Below the pieces are notes generated by a model that saw nothing but the letters and a program-made list of their open reading frames with translations, made no database searches and was not told where the DNA came from. Shown here piece by piece: positions 40,801-52,100 of a DNA stretch of 64,000 nt (the first letter of the stretch is position 1; the number at the start of each line of letters is the position of its first letter). The DNA is from Oikopleura dioica (Eukaryota; Animalia; Chordata): the NCBI GenBank assembly GCA_907165135.1, contig OU015568.1:14829208-14893207 (forward strand), given 5' to 3'. The translations under genes were made by a program, and so were the position numbers.

Positions 40801-43800
40801 TATAAAACCACCATATATTTTGGTGACTGAAATAATCGGTACGCCCATCAATAGAGATATTAGAGATTATTTGACATCCGGTAAGTTTAACAGTTTAGAG
40901 ACAATTCATCCATCATGGCTGAAGAAATCTATTTCAAAATTAATGTCGATCTTACGGCAAAAGAACTCATGGTCATTTATGACAGGCATCCTAGCCGTGA
41001 ATATCCACTTCCGATTCCAAGATTCGATAAAACGGGCATTGTTTTGAACCTTTTGGCAATTCAACCCGATTTTCTCGAAGACCGTGAAAAGAAGTTTTAC
41101 TTCCGGAAAAATGGTGATATTCTCGGATATGATCCTGAATATGTTGGTGAGGCGGTTCAAAAGACTGCCAGATCCGATCATAGAATTGACATTGATAAGA
41201 TAAACGAAATTGTGACAATGGACCAATTTGGATCAATTATGAAGAAAGTTGATGAAGACTCTAAAATCGATGTCAAAGCGGAACCTCAAAACTCTCAAGA
41301 GCAAAAATCTCGCACCTCGACCGGAAACCAAACTGGAAATCAGTTCTCTGGAAATGCCAAGCAGAACGCTCAATCTTCTGCGAAAAATCCTCATGGCAGC
41401 TCCCCAAAAGCTGACCCAATTAACACCTCTGGAAAATTCAAGATGAAAACTCCAAAGTTTGACTCTCAATTACCAGTTGAAAATTGGATTAATGCGATGG
41501 AGTTGTTCAAGGCATGCTCAATCATCTCTGAAGAAGAACTTATCAAAGTCGCCCTGTCTCAGCTCCTGACAGAAGAAAGCGGAACTTCTTTGATTGAAGC
41601 AATCACTCCAGAAGAACTAAAAAATTGGAATGCGTTCAAGACCAAACTTTCTGACGTTCTTGGAAAAGACTCAGAATACTACAAACATCTCTACAACTCA
41701 TTCCAAAGAGGTGGCGAAACTCAAGCAATGGCTCTGACAAAGTTGCAAGCCTACTTCAAAAAAGGCTATGGTAAACAAACTTTGGATGCAGCTGACGAGT
41801 CAATTATCTGTGAACGGTTCATTACAGCTCAAGAACCGCGACTTATGGAACTGCTCAAACGGGAAAAGTCATTACTCAATCTCCGAAACATTGCTCAGCG
41901 TGCAACAGAACTTGAACGATCCTTCTTCAAGAGAGAAAATATTTTCGCCGCTGATGATCAATCAAAAGTTCAAAACTCAGAACTTTCACAGCTCTGCTCG
42001 AAGCTTAAAGAAATCGTCGCGACTATGTCAAATGCTCCAGAAAAGAAGCAAAAAGTCTCAAGGCGACGACTTTCAAAGGAAATTATGAAGAAACTTGACG
42101 GACACTGCATCACCTACACGAAGCATCAAAAGTGTAGATTCGGCTCAAAATGCAAGTACATTCACAGCGACAAGGTCCCAAAAGAAATCAAGGACGCGCT
42201 TAAAAATGAGGCATGACTAGCTCAGTCAACAGAAACGTGTAAATACGTTAACTTTGCTCCCGCCTCGCTTAAATATGTCAAAATCTTGCTTAATGGACTC
42301 CGATTACCCGCTCTCATTGATTCTGGTTGCAGTAGAACATGCATCCGCTCAGATGTTCTCGCTCTTCTTCCTGCATCCATCCATCAAAAACCGTCAAATA
42401 TCACTCTTAAGTGTGCGAATTCTGAAATCGTAACAGTGAAGACGCTCGATTCACTAATTGAGGCCACACTTGAGACATCATCAGCACCGCTCAAGCTGAA
42501 ACTGAACCCGCTCATAGTTCAGAATTTATCATGTCCAATTATTCTTGGTATGGACACGCTTAAAAATGTCACGATTGGAGATAACTCAATCACACTCCAA
42601 AACAAAACCATACCAACAATTGATCCCTACTCATCAGACTTACTTCTAACAGGTATTATTGAAATAGATAAGAACTCTGGTGAAGAAAAACAAAAATATA
42701 AGGAATTCATCGAAAGAAGATCTAAACTCGCTCAGAAGACAAACTTCTTTCCGGAAATTGGTTCATACGGCTCATCGAATCCTCGACAAAAAGCTCAATT
42801 AGATAAACTCATTCACAAGTACAGGCTAAGCTTCAATATGGATAGCGATGATCTTGGCAGACTATTTGGATTTCGATATACACTTCCGCTCTTCGATGAA
42901 ACAAAATCCTCTCACCAGCCTCCAAGGCCCATTCCGATCCATTCACAAGCACAAGTTCAAGAAGAAATCGAAAAATGGAAGCAACTCAAAATTATTCAAG
43001 AAACTCAATCCTCATTCAATATTCCACTTATAATTCTTCGTAAAGGCGATAATACGATCAGAATCAGCCTTGATGCACGAGGAATAAACTCGCTTCTCGA
43101 GAAAGATCGATTCCCACTCGCTCACATGCAAACTATTTTCACTGCAATAGGGGAACGACTCACAAGTGGTAAAGAGTGCTTCATAAGTTCAGTCGATTTT
43201 CACAGGGGATATTGGCAAGTCTTAATCAACGAGTCTGATGCGCACAAAATGGCATTCAGTTATGATAATCAGCATTTTCAATGCAACCGGATGCTTTATG
43301 GATCATGCAACGCTCCTGCAGCATTCAGCCGAATCATGAAGAAACTCATGAACCATCCATCAATCATCCTCTATCTTGATGATTTGATTATCATTGACTC
43401 TAATTGGGAAGATCATTTACGCTCATTAGAATATGTCTTCAAAACATGCTTGGATTATGGACTTATCCTCAGTGCAAAGAAGTGTAAGCTTGCAAGTGAA
43501 GAACTTGACTTCATTGGTCACAGAATAACTGCAGCTGGCATCAAACCCCTTAAAAAGCATCTTGAAGCCGTGAAAAATATGATGCCACCAAAAGACAAAG
43601 CTGAACTTAAAAGACTTCTTGGAATGCTCGCCTTTAACTTAAAATATGTTCACCGAGGAAGTGAAATTTTGGCACCTCTCTATCGTCTCACATCTGCCAA
43701 AGCCGTATACGAATGGACACCTACTCATCAAGAAGCATTCGACAAAGTTAAAATGGAACTTCTAAAGGAACCGACACTAGCTCATTTCAAGCCCGGAAGT

Positions 43801-46800
43801 AAACTCATACTCGTCACTGACTCTTCCGGTCAAGCTGTTGGTGGAACTCTTTATCAAGTTGAAAATGACCAATTCACAACTATCGGATACTTCTCAAAAG
43901 CTCTCCAGGGTCCCGATCTCAAAAGACCAATGCGCATTAAAGAACTTTTTGCATTGTGTTGGGGTATTCAGTTCTTTGAATACTACCTAATTAACACTGA
44001 ATTCGATGTTTATGTGGATCATAAAAGTTTGCTCTTCCTGTTCCGTGAAGCACGCCGATCAAAATTGGACATAAAGTTAGTGAATGTTCATCACTACCTG
44101 CTCTCATTTAATTTCAACATCATACATAAAAGTGGATCAAGTCCGGAAATGGCATCTGCCGACTTCTTCAGCAGATTACCGAAATCAAAGTCCGTTGATC
44201 TAGAAAGAGAGTCAGAAGACTACTTCGATGTCGCTGACACAACATTTGCTGCTCACGCTCTTTCACAAGATGATGTTATATTCTCTTTCGAAAATCGCTC
44301 ATTTTCGTCAGAAGAAATGGCAACTGCTCAGAATGCCTGCTCAGACACGAGAAATTTAATTGTCAAATCGCAAATTAATCCAAATCAGAAGCGATTCACG
44401 ATCAAGGACAATGTGCTCTATTCTCGTGATCGACTTGTTCTCCCAAGTTCGCTTGCTGATGAATTTATACAATACTTGCACACAATAACTGCTCACGCTG
44501 GAAGTCAACAGCTAGTGCAAATGCTCACAAGGTTTTACATCAGTAATGTTCAACAAAAGTCAGAGCGATCACCAGCTCGTGTGAAACATGCATCCGACTT
44601 AAACCGCTCAAAGAACTTCGTCCATCGCTCATTAAGGACAGAATTTTCGCTCAATTACCCTTTGAAAAAGTATTCATAGATCTCGTCGATTATGGACGAA
44701 CTGATCGCAATGGAAAACGATACCTGCTCACGTGTGTCGATAGTTTAACTGGATATTTGGATGGCGAACCACTTTCGAACAAAACTGATAACTTAGTGGC
44801 AAAAGCTTTCCTCAAATTAGTTCTGCGTCATGGCATATCTCAGAACTGTGTTTCTGATAATGGTGGTGAGTTTGGACCAAAAACAAGAGCGATACTTCAT
44901 CGATTCGAAATTCGTCACTCAACTACTACAGCTTATCACAGTAAGGCGAATGGAAAAGTTGAACGAGCTCATCGCGACTTGCACCAAAAACTCAAGGTCC
45001 TACTCGCAACAAGCCGCTCATGGTCTGATTACTGGCCGTTTGCTCAGTATTATCTAAATAACATGCCAAAAGGAAGTCTCGATGGAATCTCAAGTAATGA
45101 AGCTGTCTCCGGGAGACAATTTCACACTCCATTCACGCTTAAAGATCCAGTTGCTGAAAACTCCAAACCATTCATAACTGCTCTGAATGAATATATGAAG
45201 AAACTCCATCCTGCGATACTTAACTTCCAAGTTCAAAGATACCAAAAACTCCTTCAAAGAGACAAAAATAATTGCCCTGTTCTCGAAATTGGCACTTCCG
45301 TACTCTGTTGGAAACCAGACTTATACTCTGGAAAACTTGGAATTCATTGGTCAGGTCCATTCAAAGTTCACCGACGATTATCAAAGGACAGCTACATAAT
45401 CAAATGTCCATTCACGAAGAAAGAATATCGGCGTCATATCAGTCTGATTCGACCGCTCAAACGAAAGACTGCCTTAAACAGAACTGAAATTATCAAGGAA
45501 GATGACGTGGCCGAATCACAAGGGAAAGTCCTAAAAGACGAAGTTAAGAACAAGTCTGAAATTAATTCTCATAAAGATCAACCGCTCCTTGTTGATAGAG
45601 ATGAGATCATTCCTGCTCAGAAGAATGAAAAGTCAAAAATTAGCTCTCATAAAGATCAACCGCTCCTTGTTGATAGAGATGAGATCATTCCTGCTCAGAA
45701 GAATGAAAAGAAGTTAACGAGTCATAAAGATCATAAAGAGCCAAGTGATAGAGATGACTCAGCTCACGACAACGTTTGGAAAGATCGTCTCCGCTCACGA
45801 CGATAGTGTTGTCCTGTGATTAGCTGCTCGACTAATCCTTTAATGGTCTAGAAGTTTTGCTCATAACTCGACCTGATTCACAGATAGCTGCTCGACTATC
45901 TCGCTCTCAAATCGTCACATTTTCACGACGTGGTGGTGCTCAGATATGCGTTCCCATTATCTAGCCACCGTTTACTCATAACTGGATTGCTCGCTCTCTC
46001 TGTAGTCTAAAGCCCTGCTCACACGACATCGATGTCAATTGGTTAATTGGTTCCTCACAACTTCGGCGATTCAATGCACAACTGAAATTGGCTCATAAGA
46101 AAAATTTCACTTCCCCGATCAAGCTCAAATGGGAATCCAGCTTACTGGTAATGCTCAACCAGATCGTTATTACGAAGTTTTCATGCAGGCCTCTGTGGAT
46201 TTATGTTCTCATAACACAGGTAATGTGTTTATCAATTGCGCACACGATAAGCACCTCTTTCCTGAACCTTGGCCCATCCTTCTGCAGATGTTTGGCAATG
46301 GGTGCAGTTGCCAAAATCACACACAGAAAGTCCTTTTATGAAAAATTAGGCATCTAACTCACAAGTTCCACTCAAAGCTTCGCTCAATAGCTTTACATTT
46401 TCACGAACTTAATCTCGCTCAAGTAACTTATTGTTCTGCTCACAGCAATTTCGGTCTATTGCTCTACTATTTTAATCACATGCCTAAAAGTTTATTGGAA
46501 GCAATATCGCTCACTTGCTTCAAAGTTTATCACAAGAGAGTATTTGTTATTCACATTTGCTTAAATATTCTAATCACAAGCAAATTATTCACATTCTCAC
46601 AGCTCTGTTCACAGCTTTATATCACTCATAATGTAACACTCTCTTCTTGTTGGAACTCGCTCTTAGTTCTATATGTAGTCTGTTCAGTTCTACTAGATTA
46701 CTGGTCCGATAACAGGTACAAATTAACGATCACCTGCTCGTGATGATCAAATGCTCAATAATTGGCGTTCATTAACGATCTCCTGCTCGTGAAGATCATC

Positions 46801-48383
46801 CGCTCAAAAATAAAAAGGGGAAAGAAGTAAAAGAAAAATACCCATCACAATAGGCCCAACTCACGACTTTGACTACTTATCACTGGTCACAAATGTTCAC
46901 AAGAAAAGACATCGGAATGACCTCACAACGTCCGGAAGAAACACTCGATGGCGCATTCTAGCCTTAAAAAATGGTTCTGAACGGAGTACTGGTTGGTCCA
47001 ATACTCATTTTTAAAAGAGAAAAAATCGAAAATGACCTCTCTTCAAAATGATTTCTTCCTGCTCAACGACGCTCCTCCAAAGCGGCTCATTCAACGCTTT
47101 ATCATTCCTGCTCTATTTGATGTCACCATTCCAATCCACTTCTTACCGAACTCAACTTCAAAAGAAAACTTGCAATCGCTGCTCGACTTTTTGCAAGAAT
47201 TGAAAAACGAAGCTAAGTCCCTTAAAGATCACTTTCACTTTGATATCAACCACCTCCAGGAATTGCTTTTTGAAAATCATGACAGTTTGCTCAACTGGAT
47301 AAGTGAGACAGCAATTCTCTATCAGCTTTTGGTCGATAAAAACACTCGCATCGAATTGATGAAACAATTTCAAACAATCTATGAAAAACGATATTACACC
47401 TCAAGGATCGCTTTCAAATTTCTAGAAGCCGATTCAAAATCGTTTTCCGACCAGCTCGAATACGCGAGGACTCACATCAAAATTTTCACAAATGATCTTG
47501 CTCACAATTACTCGACTTACCGAATCAATCATGCAGAAACTTCACATTCGGAATCTCTACAAGTCGTAAACTCCATCCAGCACAATTCTCTACCAGAAAA
47601 TGTTTGGGACTTCATTGAAGAACAATAAAAATTTCTACGCTCAACGGACGCTTCGCTTCAAAAATAAAAAGGGGAAAATATGTAGTGGTTTTCCTACTGT
47701 TTTCGCTCCGAAATATGGAATTCTAGCGCGCGTGGTCAACGTAATTATGCTCAGTGAGCCGTGACGCGCTCAACGCCAAGGCTTTCACTCCATCATACCT
47801 TGACAGCTCGCCCCTCTCTTTTCCAGCGTTGGCGATATGGCCAACGCCGAGTTCATACGACCAAGTCTAAGTCCGTGCCACCGATGGGTGGTGTCCTACA
47901 CTATAAAAACGACTGTACCCCTATAATTTTATCATTCTTTTCCCTGACTTCACAGGTATAACATAAAATATAATATATATATTTTATTATTTTCTGCTCA
48001 CACCTATCAGGGTTAATAAACACATTCGAGATTGATTCCCGTGTTCCAATTACTTTCAGTATAAAACCACCATAACTCTTCTGTAATCACTGTCTCGTTC
48101 CCTGATTTGGCTAGGTAGACTACTGATAGATCGGCCGAGAAACTTGGAGAAAGAGCACTTCAAGGCGGTCAACTCATTTGAAACCATTGGAATCACTGAC
48201 AGTAAAGATTAGATTAGAGACAGATTCTTTATAGAAAATTTGACAAATAAATATGATGATTTGACCAAATCTGTAACAGTCGGTGTCAAGAGTGAGCAAA
48301 GCACCAGTGTCACTGCATTCAACGTTGAATAAATCACAGTTTCCATCAGATCTCTTGAGTATAAAAAGTAAAAAGACGAGCAT
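37856..48383 (-). CDS. Secreted ZP-like module plus C-type lectin domain gene, interrupted in a coding exon by the LTR element
   Basis: With three TE insertions removed, GT-AG exons join in frame: MLVFLLFILKRSDGNCDLFNVECSD...TVITEE[LTR]CRVANSNLVDYNKC...YTANILNSV...LVDCNVT...FKFKRF...CTLD (ECGNRGG, LNWGSGSPSGGEDCTEV, MNDLPC). The CTLD is secure; the ZP-like call rests on motif pattern only. Confidence 0.7.
38426..38450 (+). repeat. Interstitial telomere-like (TTAGGG)n tract; similar short tracts at 12154-12173, 13407-13447, 27224-27237, 55358-55396, 62719-62733, 63791-63814
   Basis: Direct reading of TTAGGG/CCCTAA units (2-4 copies, some degenerate). Confidence 0.85.
38453..39182. mobile_element. 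Foldback-like non-autonomous DNA transposon with about 260-bp TIRs and TTAA flanks
   Basis: TTAA|GGGACCACCCGCACCGAGCTCGCGCGGC ... GCCGCGCGAGCTCGGTGCGGGTGGTCCC|TTAA. The long arms match imperfectly to about 38711/38925. Confidence 0.9.
39497..40176. mobile_element. TTAA-flanked MITE with a perfect 25-bp TIR
   Basis: TTAA|GGGTACTACCTTCGATTTCCCCAAT ... ATTGGGGAAATCGAAGGTAGTACCC|TTAA. Confidence 0.9.
40422..40815 (+). repeat. 5' LTR
   Basis: TGTAGTGGTTTT ... AAAACCACCATA; contains TATAAAA and AATAAA; repeated at 47681-48074. Confidence 0.95.
40821..40838 (+). promoter_or_regulatory. Putative primer-binding site
   Basis: TGGTGACTGAAATAATCG begins 5 nt after the LTR. TGG matches the tRNA CCA end; the cognate tRNA was not identified. 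Confidence 0.5.
40915..42216 (+). CDS. gag: Gag (433 aa) with a C-terminal CCCH zinc finger
   Basis: First long ORF after the PBS; ends with CITYTKHQKCRFGSKCKYIH and stop TGA 42214-42216. Confidence 0.9.
   Translation: MAEEIYFKINVDLTAKELMVIYDRHPSREYPLPIPRFDKTGIVLNLLAIQPDFLEDREKKFYFRKNGDILGYDPEYVGEAVQKTARSDHRIDIDKINEIVTMDQFGSIMKKVDEDSKIDVKAEPQNSQEQKSRTSTGNQTGNQFSGNAKQNAQSSAKNPHGSSPKADPINTSGKFKMKTPKFDSQLPVENWINAMELFKACSIISEEELIKVALSQLLTEESGTSLIEAITPEELKNWNAFKTKLSDVLGKDSEYYKHLYNSFQRGGETQAMALTKLQAYFKKGYGKQTLDAADESIICERFITAQEPRLMELLKREKSLLNLRNIAQRATELERSFFKRENIFAADDQSKVQNSELSQLCSKLKEIVATMSNAPEKKQKVSRRRLSKEIMKKLDGHCITYTKHQKCRFGSKCKYIHSDKVPKEIKDALKNEA
42217..45806 (+). CDS. pol: Pol: aspartic protease, RT, RNase H, integrase; in frame behind the gag stop, with one -1 shift at about 44555
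   Basis: LIDSGCS (PR), YLDD (RT), VTDSS/ELFAL/VDH (RH), H..AH..CETC, FIDLVD/SDNGGEF/NGKVERAH (IN), GPF motif. Confidence 0.95.
47032..47628 (+). CDS. Orphan accessory ORF (198 aa) at the env position of the LTR element
   Basis: AAAATG start; stop 30 nt upstream of the PPT; helical/amphipathic composition; no signal peptide or TM segment seen; no homology recognised. Confidence 0.7.
   Translation: MTSLQNDFFLLNDAPPKRLIQRFIIPALFDVTIPIHFLPNSTSKENLQSLLDFLQELKNEAKSLKDHFHFDINHLQELLFENHDSLLNWISETAILYQLLVDKNTRIELMKQFQTIYEKRYYTSRIAFKFLEADSKSFSDQLEYARTHIKIFTNDLAHNYSTYRINHAETSHSESLQVVNSIQHNSLPENVWDFIEEQ
47659..47680 (+). promoter_or_regulatory. 3' polypurine tract; an identical 19-nt copy lies at 46805-46823
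   Basis: CAAAAATAAAAAGGGGAAAATA directly abuts the 3' LTR. Confidence 0.85.
47681..48074 (+). repeat. 3' LTR
   Basis: Copy of 40422-40815 at constant offset 7259. Confidence 0.95.
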
Positions 48384-49164
48384 ACTTCTCTGTAGTTTCC
48401 TCTTTTAACTATTCGCGAAGTAAGAAACTTTATAACTGAAGATAATTAGGTGTTTTGAATGGTATTCAATACAATATGACTTCCGACATGTTGACAGATA
48501 ATGAGCGCTCAGAGAAATAATTATCATACGACAAATCTGACCACTAAATTAACAGTCTCGAGTTGAGACTCTCAACAGCTCGTATTCTTGGATCGGAAAG
48601 GTTTCTATTTTACTAAGATTTTTATCCGATGTATTTCAATGCCCAAAAATATTGGCAAAAACGACTTCAAGCAATAAAGACACGTTACTTATTTTAACTG
48701 TCAATTTCTTACAGTAATTGGGTCAGCACTTGATGAAGCAATTTTCATCAACTTCTAAGCCCATCCATCTGTCCTGTAAGTCATTCAATTTGCGCCGTAT
48801 TGATCCAAGTTGCTTATTTAGATTTATCGGTTTTCAATATGACAAAGACTGTATGAAGTTGTCGGACGGTCGCCGTCGGTCGAGCGCGAGTCTCGTTGCG
48901 TGCAGTAGCTTCTAGGCGTAGGTGTCGCAAAAACTTAGGCACAGTCCGAGAGCGAGGGCGCTACATTCGCAACTGTCAGGAGGGTGTAGCTCGTTTTTAC
49001 CTTGAAACCATGAGCCCCTTCTCGGCACTAAACAGAGAATAAAGAACGCCAAAGATTCACCGCCAATAAAAATACTTTATCATCGTGCAATTAAAGTAAT
49101 GCACGAGGCGCTACTAGCTGCTTTTGTCGGTATATACTCGGGTTAGAAAGAGACAGAAAAAGAG

Positions 49165-52100
49165 ATGATAGAAGATTCATCTTCAGATGAGGAAGACGAG
49201 TTTCGCGACAGGTGGGAAAATAATCATAATTATTTAATTAAAAAATGAATCAGCATCACTGCGATTTCTAATAGTGGAAAAAAAAATACTTTCAACATAA
49301 ATTCAGTAGGCGCCATATTTTCCGACAACGAGAACTGCATAAAAAATCCATTATAAATTATTATTTATAAATTATAATAAATAGTTTAAATAATAAAAAG
49401 GACAAATTTGAGACCATGGTTTATTAATTTTATAAATAAAATATTTGTTATTTTATAAAATTTTAAAAAATTACTTAATGATAGCATGCTGATTCTCCTC
49501 CATGATTGCATTTAAATGAGACTTGCCTATTATTTCTTGAAATTCGTCTTGGAAAGAATCTTGAATAATAAGTTAAGCAATAAGAAAGAGAGACATTTTT
49601 AATAATTGCATTCATGCGTCATTGACGCACTGTGCGACATGAATATATAAACTCGCTTCAAGTTGATCAATTAATCTTTCAGAGTCTTCGAGCCCGTTGG
49701 AACTCGAACAAGCAGTTCCCCGTCTCAGTCTATTACAGTCGATGGGTTTTCCATTTCTTCGTCAGGAACTGGGCTCGTTACGGTTTAAAATTAGGGTCCC
49801 TGGGGGATGTGTTGTTTCGACTTGAGAATGACACGAGATATCACATTTATTTCAATCAGAATGCAAGCAAATAGCAAAAAGGGGGAGGTGAGGGATTATA
49901 AATATTTATCTTAATTAATATCCGATCTCAATGATTCAGATTTATTGCGCAAACATTAGCAGCTGCAAAACCACATAAATATTAAAAGTAGAGGGTAGAT
50001 AGGGTTAGTTTGATTGAAATTCTGTTTGATTTTTGCCCTTCAAGTCACAGTAAGAAAATTTTCTTTGGGCAGTCGTCTATGGAAATCGATGTAACAGTGA
50101 ATGGATCAGTGAGATGTCAGTCAGCCCGATTTTATGCCATAATTTATCACTGCATCTAATAAAGCTGATACCCGAGCCCTTAAAAAGATCACCACTCTGA
50201 TGAACCCGTTGCTAATGGATTTTCCGACTTGACTCTAAGGAAAAAGTCGACATAAGCTTATGTTGCTTGCAATGTTCAGTGATTTTGACTTTTTGAGCAG
50301 TAACACTGGGACGAACAGTAACACAACCGCCACGGATTTTTCCTCGAAAACACAGACAATCGGAAAAGAGAAAACAGAACAACTGGTAAATGGAAGAAAG
50401 AGTAGCACGCCGAGTGGGAAGATGTCAGATCAACAGCAGGAGTACCAAGCGATTTTGCAAGCTCCAGACGACGAAGAAAAACAAAGAGAGATAGCGAAGA
50501 AACGGATTCAGCTCTATGTCTTTTGTCTCAGAGCCATTGCGTATCCATTTAATGCAAAGGTAAAATAGCCGCAGTTCTAACTCATTTATCCGTTGATCTA
50601 CCATTGAAAGTGCTGAATTAATTATACTTGATCCCCGCTGGCATATGCCCCGTGAGAGGTTCATCGGCTCAGCTTCTAAAAAGTAGAGCGTCTAAAAAAA
50701 TCTCATTTTATTTTTCGGTCTTCGATCCAGCATAGAATCATTATTTTAGCAACCAACAGATCTGGTCCGACGGCAATGCAAGATCACCCCCCAACAACTC
50801 GAAGTCATCCGCGAGCGATTCCACTCCTTCCTCGCTGGCCATTCAAATATCGTCGCCGACGAAGCCTTTTTCAACGCGATGCAAAGTTTTTACGAAGTAT
50901 TTATGCAAAGCCCTCGGATCAATCGAATGGTTGAATCTGGCGGCGCCACTGCTTCGGATTTCCGAGAAGTGTTCAAAACGAATGTGCAGAAAAGAATCAA
51001 CTTGCTTCCTGAAATTGATGGAATGGGCAAAGACAACTTGATCCACAGTTGGCTGACAAAGTTCGACGCAATTTACTTTGGCGAAGATGAGTCGGCCGTC
51101 GATGGCAAGCGAAAACGTGCCAAAGAAACTGCTCAATCCGAGCTCATCCTCACCAAAGAGCAATTATACGATATGTTTCAATATATTCTCGGCATTCAAC
51201 GATACGAGCATCAGCAACTTGCGCAAGGGTGTCAGGTAAGAAAAGATTACAAGAGGCTTTATAAAAGATTGTCGATTAAAAATTGAAATTGATTGTCGTA
51301 AATTATCGATTAATCATCAAAAATACGCCCCTAATTGTCAATTTTCGATTTAAAAATCGACAGTCTCATTGAAATCTTAAAAATTGACAACTTTTAGCAT
51401 ATTTTTCGACGAATTATCGACAATTTACGAGGCTAAATATCGATTTTTAATTAACAATCATGGAAGAGCCTGTATAAACAGAAGTAGCGTTTTTGTTATT
51501 CGAGTCGGGTAGATGATCGCTGTGGCGATTTCAGAAGATTGACGGTTTCTTCCAACTCGCTGAAGCCTCGGTCTCGGTTTTCCTTGAGCTTGGAGGAGGC
51601 TTAGCATTTGTGCGTGAATTAATGAATTATTAATGAAAAAAGTCAAGTTGGTTCCTTGCTAGCCATTCCTTGTTGAGAAGAGTTAGAGCTGATTGACTAT
51701 TTATCGGGCTGTTATTTTTCTAACACCCCTTTATTCCCACCTATTGAACTCGCTCTCGCTTTAAAATTAAAATATTTTCAACTGAGGTTGATTTAAATTA
51801 TTATTCACGCCCGAATGCCTTTCTGCGGGTTTCACCTGCTGTGTGGTCGTTGTTGCGTCGCCATGAATACTGAAAAATAATTAAAAGCACTGCATTCGGG
51901 CGAAAAATAAAAGCGATAAATCGAGCTAAAAAAGAAGAAGCGCGCGGGAATTGGGAGAAAATTACCTATTAATGAGGTCGTCGATCAGTTCAAGTTCGCC
52001 CTTAGTGTCGGCGACATCCTTTTCGGTTTGGAGCAGACGATTGCGGAATCGCTCGTTGTCCGCGATTAGCGCATCGTTCCGTCTAATCAGGATTTCTTTC

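Larger units (their letters stand above)
40422..48074 (+). mobile_element. Full-length Ty3/Gypsy LTR retrotransposon (Tor-like if the host is Oikopleura)
   Basis: Two 394-bp LTRs with no difference seen by eye, 4-bp TSD ACTC (40418-40421 and 48075-48078), putative PBS, gag, PR-RT-RH-IN order, PPT. Confidence 0.97.

Noticed and set aside
44550-44560. Programmed frameshift between RNase H and integrase
   Set aside because: No X-XXY-YYZ slippery site; it falls inside the integrase HHCC motif and matches the other homopolymer -1 defects.
46993-47628. env gene
   Set aside because: No signal peptide, TM anchor or furin site visible, and it is short for an envelope protein.
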